IMG/VR virus record: IMGVR_UViG_3300042546_000155
From: a virus
Reading direction: 5' to 3' (one strand)
Length of the DNA: 64,000 nucleotides
Positions 1 through 7,054 of the stretch are shown in pieces. The notes beneath the pieces were generated by a model. The model worked only from the letters and a program-made list of their open reading frames with translations. It was not told the origin of the DNA and ran no database searches. Each line of letters begins with the position of its first letter. The first letter of the stretch is position 1. A program made the position numbers and the translations under genes.

Positions 1-382
1 CGTTATTGATCGTTACAGGGTTACCAGACACATTATGAATGAGGACATACACCTCTTGAACATAGTCAGCATCTATAACACCCTCGGCATTGACAAGTGC
101 TAGACCCTGCTTAAGTGATAAACCAGAACGAGCATGAACACGAACCGAATAACCCTCTGGAATGTCGAATACAAGACCAGTAGGTACCATCACCCTGTCA
201 CCAGGACTAATGGTAATCGATTCTCTCATTTCACGATTGATTGGCTTATTGAATTGTGTGTAACCCTGACAAACAGATTTGCCAGCCGGCTGGAATGCCA
301 GGTCAAAACAAGCAGACTGTTCGGTCTGATGAACTGGGAGTCTAACTGAAGGATGTGTTTTCCAAACTTTCAATGTTTCCAT
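1..382 (-). CDS. dut: dUTPase (3' end runs off the window)
   Basis: Manual translation from ATG at 382: METLKVWKTHPSVRLPVHQTEQSACFDL...VPTGLVFDIPEGYSVRVHARSGLSLKQGLALVNAEGVIDADY. Contains trimeric dUTPase motifs (FDL, RSGL, GVIDADY). Not in the ORF track. Confidence 0.92.
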   Translation of the reverse strand, partial: METLKVWKTHPSVRLPVHQTEQSACFDLAFQPAGKSVCQGYTQFNKPINREMRESITISPGDRVMVPTGLVFDIPEGYSVRVHARSGLSLKQGLALVNAEGVIDADYVQEVYVLIHNVSGNPVTINN

Positions 383-397
383 AATATACTCACTTTC

Positions 398-808
398 TTA
401 TTCTTCGGTGTATTTCTTCTTGCCTAGAGAATACTTAGCAACTAGATTCCATTCTGACTTCTCGCCGTATGATATGATCTTGATACGGTTAATAGGAGTC
501 AAAGGCTCTTGTGACTTCTTAGGATCGACTAATGAAACCAATCCCCATTCTGCTAGAAGATTGGCAATCGTGTTACGACGACCTCTATCTTCCTCAGAGA
601 AGTCTGTTGGCTTGTTATCTAGAATAAACATTTCTTTGAAATGAACAAGGTAGTAATGCCCTTGCTTATGTAGAATATGACAAGACTGATAAAGAGTCTT
701 ATCTTTCTTAGACGCCACACCAATGCGGGTCAGCGTCTCCTTTACCTTTAAAAAGGCTTGAGGGTCGGGAAGTTTAACTTCCACGAACTCGTCTAGGTTT
801 ACTGTCAT
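398..808 (-). CDS. regA: Translational repressor RegA
   Basis: FLKVKETLTRIGVASKKDKTLYQSCHILHKQG.YYLVHFKE is the T4 RegA signature; lies downstream of gene 62. Confidence 0.96.
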   Translation of the reverse strand: MTVNLDEFVEVKLPDPQAFLKVKETLTRIGVASKKDKTLYQSCHILHKQGHYYLVHFKEMFILDNKPTDFSEEDRGRRNTIANLLAEWGLVSLVDPKKSQEPLTPINRIKIISYGEKSEWNLVAKYSLGKKKYTEE

Positions 809-1181
809 CTGTGCCACCCTTATGAATCTGTTTTTTTATTTCTTCTATCTGGTTGGCATTTAGTAAAACCATCACTTCTTTCGCCTTTTCGTAAGAGTAG
901 TTGTAATACTCTTTCACAGCTTCCAGATTCTCAATGGTCTCACGCTTCTGCCATGGTCTAAATGGACGTTTGTATCCACGGATGGTATTTAGTAAATACT
1001 GATATTGCAGGGATCCTGGCAACGAGGGATAACGGTTCATTTCATTTGCTTGCAAAACGCAATCATAGTGAAACGAGAGGGCCCGGTTCACTACGAAAGC
1101 ATTATAATCTTTTTCGGTTTCCAAGACATCCTTCTTAGTTTGAAGGATGCTTGGAATGATATCTCTGAATAGGTCTGTCAT
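774..1181 (-). CDS. gp62: Clamp loader small subunit
   Basis: YNAFVVNRALS...ANEMN...QYQYLLNTIR...VKEYYNYS motifs; 44-62-regA synteny. Confidence 0.93.
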   Translation of the reverse strand: MTDLFRDIIPSILQTKKDVLETEKDYNAFVVNRALSFHYDCVLQANEMNRYPSLPGSLQYQYLLNTIRGYKRPFRPWQKRETIENLEAVKEYYNYSYEKAKEVMVLLNANQIEEIKKQIHKGGTDDSKPRRVRGS

Positions 1182-1558
1182 TGTATAGCAACCAACTTTC
1201 TAACAAGATAAGGTAAATTACAATTCTCGGATATGAGTCTGATAAAATTCTTATCAGTTTTTTTAACCCAAAGAATGTATAATAGATACTCAGGATTTTC
1301 ATTGAAGATATCTATAATACGATCACCTTTATACATACCAAATGGCATAACGTCTGTTGACTCGTTATATGGATACTCCTTTATGATTTCATCAAATCGT
1401 TTGTCTATGATAGAAGCATACTCTTCCCGAGTTATCTCACCTTTCAATTTTTCGTTGAACGTTTCCTCAACGAAACTCTGGACGAATCCATGTTCAATTA
1501 CTGTTCTTTGAGTTGCCTTGAATTGTCCTGTTTGAAACCTTGATGCTCTAGCATACAT
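1178..1558 (-). CDS. Hypothetical protein with MPFGxYKG (DUF3820/ExoX-C-like) module
   Basis: MPFGMYKGDRIIDIFNENPEYLLYIL; start/stop overlaps with both neighbours. Confidence 0.6.
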   Translation of the reverse strand: MYARASRFQTGQFKATQRTVIEHGFVQSFVEETFNEKLKGEITREEYASIIDKRFDEIIKEYPYNESTDVMPFGMYKGDRIIDIFNENPEYLLYILWVKKTDKNFIRLISENCNLPYLVRKLVAIQ

Positions 1559-2493
1559 TACTTTACCTCACACTCAACCATCAGTTCTGTTAGACATGCA
1601 ACTAGATTGATTTCTTGATCGGCAACGAACGCTGCCTGATACTGATACTTAGCAAGTGTAATAACAGCCGCTGGTACACTCTCGGGCTTTAGATATTCTG
1701 ACAAACCGTCATAGATGTTACGAAACACACGGGCTGGATCAACATCTGAATTGAGAACGACCCACTTACGCATAGCACCAAAGTCTTTACTCTTTAGTGT
1801 CTTGATAAGTTCGTCTAGTTTGCGAACATCATTAACCTGACTAAGAACACCAGCATCAATGTTTCCAGAAGTAGAATACCTCTGGAGTTCGTTAAGAGTC
1901 CTACGATAGTCTGGAAAATATCGCTCAACAATCTTTGCCAATACTTGCTTGTCATATTCAATACCCTCTTGCGAAAGAATGTTTGTTAGTCGCTTAAACA
2001 TCTGCATTGCCATCTTTGACTTTTCATCACCCTTAAGGGAGAAGTCAATGACAGAACAGCGAGAATGAAGGGCATCAATCAGACGAGCCTTAAAGTTACA
2101 GGTGAAGATAAACGAACAGTTTTCACTAAACTCCTCGATGGCACCACGCAGGCCTGCCTGCGCCTCTGGAGTTAGATAGTCTGCTTCGTCAAGGATGATA
2201 ACCTTACGACCACCTGTAAGAGATACAGTAGAGGCATAACCCTTGATCTTTGTTCTAAGGGTGTCAATACCTCTTTCATCGGACGAGTTAATGAAAAGAT
2301 GATTAAGGCCAATCTCCTCACACATCGCCTTTGCCACTGTAGTCTTACCGCAACCGGCAGACCCAGTGAGCATTAGATTTGGGATTTCTCCCTTTGTCAC
2401 ATACTCCTGAAAGACCTTCTTTAGGCGATCAGGAAGAATACAGTCCTCAATCTTGTGAGGACGATACTTCTCAACATATAGATATTCACTCAT
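1558..2493 (-). CDS. gp44: Clamp loader large subunit (AAA+)
   Basis: VEKYRP, GSAGCGKT Walker A, IILDEAD Walker B, SRC motif, FPDYRR. Confidence 0.97.
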   Translation of the reverse strand: MSEYLYVEKYRPHKIEDCILPDRLKKVFQEYVTKGEIPNLMLTGSAGCGKTTVAKAMCEEIGLNHLFINSSDERGIDTLRTKIKGYASTVSLTGGRKVIILDEADYLTPEAQAGLRGAIEEFSENCSFIFTCNFKARLIDALHSRCSVIDFSLKGDEKSKMAMQMFKRLTNILSQEGIEYDKQVLAKIVERYFPDYRRTLNELQRYSTSGNIDAGVLSQVNDVRKLDELIKTLKSKDFGAMRKWVVLNSDVDPARVFRNIYDGLSEYLKPESVPAAVITLAKYQYQAAFVADQEINLVACLTELMVECEVK

Positions 2494-2651
2494 TCATTCC
2501 CCTTATCATAGCGGATTGCATTGATATACATTATAGCAGAAACGAGAAGATAAAACAACCAGTGCATGATATCATTCTCATCGATAGCAAAGTAGATAAG
2601 GGCAGCCACAAGATTGGCCGCCCCCACAAGTTCAAATGCCAGTTCAATCAT
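2490..2651 (-). CDS. Small membrane protein (53 aa)
   Basis: Manual ORF MIELAFELVGAANLVAALIYFAIDENDIMHWLFYLLVSAIMYINAIRYDKGNE; two hydrophobic stretches; ATGA overlaps at both ends. Confidence 0.6.
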   Translation of the reverse strand: MIELAFELVGAANLVAALIYFAIDENDIMHWLFYLLVSAIMYINAIRYDKGNE

Positions 2652-2944
2652 GGTGCAGTCTTCTCAATAACTGCGGTATAGAACTCCTCAAAGTCGGTGT
2701 TCTCCTGAACCTCATCCTTGAAGTTTGCCTTAAAGTATGCACGAGACATACGGCGAAATAGCTTCTTATCGATGCCTAGCTTGTCGCAGACTTCATTAAC
2801 GGTTTCTTTCTGCAACTCACGCTCCGCCCCCACACGAGTCATTGAGTCATTCATTTCAATAACAGCCTTTTTAAGTGTCTTACGATCTTCATCGGTAAGA
2901 CCCTGAACCGAGCGTTGCTGCTGGTTATGACCAATCATACTCAT
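2648..2944 (-). CDS. dsbA: T4 DsbA-like dsDNA-binding protein
   Basis: LGIDKKLFRRMSRAYFKANFKDEVQENTDFEEFYTAV resembles the T4 DsbA C-terminus; GGAGG RBS before ATG 2944. Confidence 0.75.
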   Translation of the reverse strand: MSMIGHNQQQRSVQGLTDEDRKTLKKAVIEMNDSMTRVGAERELQKETVNEVCDKLGIDKKLFRRMSRAYFKANFKDEVQENTDFEEFYTAVIEKTAP

Positions 2945-3054
2945 TAGAGGCCTCCGTATCCAATACCACAATGCTTCTGCTTTGCGGTCTGTTTCGTTTC
3001 GAGTAGTTCAATAACCTTCAATAGAAGGCTTACCATATAACGATCATCAAACAT
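2944..3054 (-). CDS. Small hypothetical protein (36 aa)
   Basis: MFDDRYMVSLLLKVIELLETKQTAKQKHCGIGYGGL fills the gap exactly, with TAATG overlaps on both sides. Confidence 0.5.
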   Translation of the reverse strand: MFDDRYMVSLLLKVIELLETKQTAKQKHCGIGYGGL

Positions 3055-3320
3055 TAGTTTACCTCAATAATTGCGGATGGATTGATACAAAGGCGGCCAT
3101 CTTTACTACCTTTGATGTATGAATAGGTAACAACCGGATATCCACCAGAATCTACACAAACTTTTTGAAATGCATTGCGCTCCAGATCGTTCTGGTGAGC
3201 AACATATAACATTGCAATGACAGTAAGCACAGAAATACCGACTGTGCCGAGAATAATTACACCAAGTGGATCAAGCCATTCAGAAACGGCTCGACTTGCA
3301 AACTGACGATCACCCATCAT
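3054..3320 (-). CDS. Hypothetical membrane protein
   Basis: One TM segment followed by C..SGG....C; coupled to gene 45. Confidence 0.65.
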   Translation of the reverse strand: MMGDRQFASRAVSEWLDPLGVIILGTVGISVLTVIAMLYVAHQNDLERNAFQKVCVDSGGYPVVTYSYIKGSKDGRLCINPSAIIEVN

Positions 3321-3973
3321 TACTTTGTCTCCAGAGCAATGAAGTATGTAAGAGTATTGTTGGCATTCGTAAACTTAGCAAACGCACCAGCCTGAACCTC
3401 AACGGTGTAATCATCAGGAAGCAACTTTAGATTGTCGATCTTGAAGGTTGCAACGAAGTCCTTGCCAGCATAGTCACCAATCTTGACTGAACCCTGATTG
3501 GAAGTATCGTTTGCCTTTTCATGAATCTTGATAAGAAGTTCACCGTTCTTACCAATGACAGATAGATTAGGAATAGAGTTAAGAACTGCTCTCTTGATCC
3601 AATTCTGAAAAGATGAATTGAGTAGGGTGAACTTAACATCAACCGACTTTAAAGCAAGTTCCTTATCTGGTGGGGTGATGATTAGGTTTGTAGAACAACC
3701 GAGATAGTTAAACGACATTTCACCATCAAAGATCGTAACAGAATCCTTGTCGAATGTAATCTCGGTATTCTTGATAAGAGTTAGATTGGCAAGGAACTGA
3801 TTAAGATCATAGATGCCAAACTGATTTGGGATTTCATCCTCAAGAGTAGCCTCTACAAGAATAGACTTTTCGGGGGAGATAGTTTTCTGAACCTTGCCTT
3901 CATTTAGAACAACGCCGCTATTGATAGAGGCAAAGTTCTTTAGAACATTCAAGGTATTTTCACTTAGCTTCAT
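3320..3973 (-). CDS. gp45: Sliding clamp
   Basis: MKLSENTLNVLKNFASINSG...FGIYDLNQFL...YFIALE, typical of gp45. Confidence 0.97.
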   Translation of the reverse strand: MKLSENTLNVLKNFASINSGVVLNEGKVQKTISPEKSILVEATLEDEIPNQFGIYDLNQFLANLTLIKNTEITFDKDSVTIFDGEMSFNYLGCSTNLIITPPDKELALKSVDVKFTLLNSSFQNWIKRAVLNSIPNLSVIGKNGELLIKIHEKANDTSNQGSVKIGDYAGKDFVATFKIDNLKLLPDDYTVEVQAGAFAKFTNANNTLTYFIALETK

Positions 3974-3984
3974 TATAAACTCCT

Positions 3985-4581
3985 TTATACGGGATGATGA
4001 AATATGGTACGAGGTTTTTCGATTCCTGTCAAGAGCAAACTGACTTCCTTATTCAGTTCAGCCAGAGTGCCGTTGTTGAAGACGGTATAATCAGGAAAGA
4101 TATCAGTCCATGCGGTCTCCGATATGTGCATCTTTGCAAGTTCTTCGGTGCTAGGATATTTACCTCTAGAAACATGAATTATCTTGCCGCCGACACTCCG
4201 GATAAAATCGATTTCATTCGGGAAGCGGCAATCGGAGATAACAACATCTTCATAACCATGGATACGCTTCTCTAAGGCAGCAATCCATATGTTATCAGCA
4301 ATGCCATGGCGACAAGCTTCGGTACCAAACTTTTGTAGAATGAGACGAGGAGTTACCTCGTATCCTAGCTTATGTGACCACCATGGATCAACAGTCTCAC
4401 GAAAGGTCCGTGAGGCATTACTATCACCTTCTAGAAGGCCCCGTGGCCACATAAAGATTGTGGCAACGGCATCCTTTAGAGCATCAGCAAAGGCAAACTT
4501 TCTATAGCCGTGATCTTTAACGAGAAGATCGGCTACGGTGCCCTTGCCGGATCCGATAAACCCGACAAGGCCGATAATCAT
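3985..4581 (-). CDS. gp1: Deoxynucleoside monophosphate kinase
   Basis: IIGLVGFIGSGKGT P-loop, FADALKD, TPRLILQKFGTE, ISDCRFPNE, HISE. Confidence 0.93.
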   Translation of the reverse strand: MIIGLVGFIGSGKGTVADLLVKDHGYRKFAFADALKDAVATIFMWPRGLLEGDSNASRTFRETVDPWWSHKLGYEVTPRLILQKFGTEACRHGIADNIWIAALEKRIHGYEDVVISDCRFPNEIDFIRSVGGKIIHVSRGKYPSTEELAKMHISETAWTDIFPDYTVFNNGTLAELNKEVSLLLTGIEKPRTIFHHPV

Positions 4582-5384
4582 CGCAAAGCACCTGTAAGAG
4601 CGGCGACGGCTGGTAGATCACCCTGGAACGCATATGTTCCAACATGTGTAGTCTTCATCCATGGGCATAGCCAAACCTTGATGCCAATAGCACGAGCATT
4701 CTGACAGAACATATAGTCCTCCGATAGATAGCGGTGTGATTGTGGGTCGATGACTGTATCAAAGTAGGCGTGAATGTAGCGAGTACCATCAAAGTTGGCC
4801 TGACCGATATGATCTGGCTTATAGTTCAACTCTGGATACTTTTCAGCATAAGTATCAAACACTTCACGCTTTACCATCATGAAGCCGGTACCAATCTCCA
4901 TAACTTCAACTGGCTCGGTAACTCTGAATGACTTAGTACCAGGAACTGGATTGAAAACGAAGTCACCGGTGACCTGATCTAGCTCATTAGGATTGAAGCC
5001 TTCCTTGTCAGCATGGTTCTTAACTGCATTGACAATGTTAGCCCAATTGATTGTCTTCTTAGGATATGGACCACCAATGATATCACGATCCATTGCTAGA
5101 AGGGCGATAACATCTTGTGGATTGAACTGAATGTCGGCGTCGATAAACAACATATGAGTGCAACCAGAACGAAGAAATTCATCAACGAGATAGTTTCTGG
5201 CACGGGTGATTAGAGATTCATTGAAGATGAATGAGAAGCGACACTCCACGCCATACTGAATGCACAGCCCTTGAAGGTCTAAACATGCTTTGGCATAAAG
5301 TCCTGTGCAAACACCACCGTAGCAGGGGGTGGCGATAAACAACTTTCTCTTTCTCAATTCATCTGTTGTAATTTTAATTTCCAT
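4578..5384 (-). CDS. GT-A fold glycosyltransferase-like protein
   Basis: IATPCYGG, ESLITRARN, MLFIDADI (DxD), GTGFMM, YLSEDYMFC; GGAGA RBS before ATG 5384. Confidence 0.7.
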   Translation of the reverse strand: MEIKITTDELRKRKLFIATPCYGGVCTGLYAKACLDLQGLCIQYGVECRFSFIFNESLITRARNYLVDEFLRSGCTHMLFIDADIQFNPQDVIALLAMDRDIIGGPYPKKTINWANIVNAVKNHADKEGFNPNELDQVTGDFVFNPVPGTKSFRVTEPVEVMEIGTGFMMVKREVFDTYAEKYPELNYKPDHIGQANFDGTRYIHAYFDTVIDPQSHRYLSEDYMFCQNARAIGIKVWLCPWMKTTHVGTYAFQGDLPAVAALTGALR

Positions 5385-5401
5385 AATGTTCTCCATACAC
5401 G

Positions 5402-5433
5402 AAAAGCGTGGAGCCCAAAAAGGCACCACGCTT
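5402..5433 (-). terminator. Stem-loop, probable intrinsic terminator
   Basis: Minus strand AAGCGTGG-TGCC-TTTTT-GGGCT-CCACGCTT-TTC, downstream of the HTH gene. Confidence 0.55.
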
Positions 5434-5456
5434 ATATATAGTATTCTTTTTAAGAA

Positions 5457-5678
5457 TTAGTTAGCAAGGCGATAGAAAGCGGTGCGCTTGCCATTGACCT
5501 TACGCCAATTGGTATAGATGGTGTAATGCTCACGAAGATCGTAAACTCGCTTGGCAACTGCCTCATATGGCACACGAGCCATGCGGGCAATAGAAGCGGC
5601 AGTAATGCCTGGACCAGTGTTATGGTTTAGCAGGGCGGTTTCAATCTTCTCAATCTGAGTCTTACGGGGTGTAGCCAT
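5457..5678 (-). CDS. Small winged-HTH-like DNA/RNA-binding protein
   Basis: Basic 73 aa: GITAASIARMARVPYEAVAKRVYDLRE...AFYRL; GGAGA RBS. Confidence 0.65.
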   Translation of the reverse strand: MATPRKTQIEKIETALLNHNTGPGITAASIARMARVPYEAVAKRVYDLREHYTIYTNWRKVNGKRTAFYRLAN

Positions 5679-5702
5679 TATATAATTCTCCATTCAAAGT
5701 TT

Positions 5703-5770
5703 TGGTGTTGGTGGTCGTGAAAGGAAAGGACCCGTGTATAACCACCAACACCATTTTATTATACACGGGT
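5703..5770 (-). ncRNA. Candidate H-type pseudoknot RNA element with anti-RBS loop
   Basis: Interleaved perfect inverted repeats: 5730-5740 with 5760-5770 (11 bp) and 5703-5715 with 5741-5753 (13 bp). Minus-strand loop 5716-5729 reads CCUUUCCUUUCACG. Confidence 0.6.
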
Positions 5771-5783
5771 ATTCTTATATTAC

Positions 5784-6971
5784 TTAGAAAGCAACTTCCG
5801 CAGTAACATCGGGAGTCGCCTGTTCAGCCACAGGAGCCGGGTCAATCGTCTCATCGACTTTCTTATACAGTTCCATGAAGGCATTCTTAGTATCCACATC
5901 GAAACGGTTCAGACAAAGTTCAATTGCTTTCACTTTGTTCTGACCAAAGATTGCATAAGCCTCGCAGATATGAACGAGACGACGGGTAGAGATAATCTCG
6001 GACAAAGCACCTTCATAGAAGGACTTGCGAATAACATCTGCCCAAGTGACCATCTTATCAACAAAGTCGGTGTTAGAAACACCAGAAGCATTGAGGACAT
6101 TGTTGAGGATTTTAGCCTCAACTTTAGCAGACGGATATTCTTGTTCCATTGTAATGCTGAAACGCTCAAGGAACGCTTCGTTCATAACATTGGTGCCGAT
6201 GAAACGGCCGTCATCAGAACCCTTACCCTTAGTGTTTGCAGTTGCAATCACATTGAAGCCAGGAGCAGGATGAACAACACGATTGGTCTTTTTAAGATAA
6301 ACAGCCTTGCCTTCAAGGACAGGCTGAAGGCACATCATCTTATTAGAACCAAGATCCACTTCGTCAAGAAGGAGAACGGCACCACGAGTCATGGCAGTAA
6401 CAACAGGTCCGTCCTGCCAGACAGTTTCACCGTTAACAAGGCGGAAGCCACCGATCAAATCATCTTCGTCGGTTTCAATAGTAATATTGACACGGACACA
6501 TTCACGCTTTTCATTAGCGCAAACCTGTTCGACCATCATAGTCTTGCCGTTGCCAGAAAGACCAGTAATGTAAGCGGGATAAAACTTACGAGACTTGATA
6601 ATAGCACGAACATCAGGGAAGTTGCCAAACGGGACATAGCCAGTTGCCTTTTCAGGCACAAGCGACATTTCAGCATTATGCGAAAGAACAGACGGAGCAA
6701 CCATAGCAACTGCTACAGTCGGCTCAACGGGAGCCACAACCTTAGCAGGCTTAGAAACAACCTTAGCGGCAGTTTCAGAACCATGCTCGGTGATTGCATA
6801 AAGACCACGACCGAGACGGCGGTCAGCATCATTCAAGAACCAATGAGGCCAAGCGAGATTATACTTTTCAGTAACCTCTTTAACCTGGGCACGAGTGATT
6901 TCACGGATAGCACCAAACTCAAAACGCACCTTGTCGAAAAACTCGGTACGAGCAGCAGCAACCTTAGTCAT
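5784..6971 (-). CDS. MoxR/CobS-like AAA+ ATPase
   Basis: GLSGNGKT, LLLDEVD, ATANTKGKG, NEAFLERF, ISTRRL. True start is probably ATG 6971, after GAAAGGAA. Confidence 0.9.
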   Translation of the reverse strand: MTKVAAARTEFFDKVRFEFGAIREITRAQVKEVTEKYNLAWPHWFLNDADRRLGRGLYAITEHGSETAAKVVSKPAKVVAPVEPTVAVAMVAPSVLSHNAEMSLVPEKATGYVPFGNFPDVRAIIKSRKFYPAYITGLSGNGKTMMVEQVCANEKRECVRVNITIETDEDDLIGGFRLVNGETVWQDGPVVTAMTRGAVLLLDEVDLGSNKMMCLQPVLEGKAVYLKKTNRVVHPAPGFNVIATANTKGKGSDDGRFIGTNVMNEAFLERFSITMEQEYPSAKVEAKILNNVLNASGVSNTDFVDKMVTWADVIRKSFYEGALSEIISTRRLVHICEAYAIFGQNKVKAIELCLNRFDVDTKNAFMELYKKVDETIDPAPVAEQATPDVTAEVAF

Positions 6972-7004
6972 ATGAGTTCCTTTCACAATTCTCATTATGC
7001 ATAT

Positions 7005-7033
7005 ATTATAGCGGAAGGAAGGGCTTTTGTCAA
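7005..7033 (-). promoter_or_regulatory. sigma70-type early promoter for the AAA+ gene
   Basis: TTGACA (7033-7028), 17-nt spacer, TATAAT (7010-7005). Confidence 0.85.
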
Positions 7034-7041
7034 GCCCCTCC

Positions 7042-7054
7042 TAAGTGTTTGATT
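7042..7054 (-). promoter_or_regulatory. IHF-consensus-like site
   Basis: AATCAAACACTTA matches WATCAANNNNTTR; 8 nt upstream of the -35 box. Confidence 0.5.

Noticed and set aside
6972-6995. N-terminal extensions MRIVKGTHM / MKIVKGTHM (also 9239-9262)
   Set aside because: They are translations of the shared RBS leader. The upstream ATG of the VWA gene lies before the predicted transcription start.
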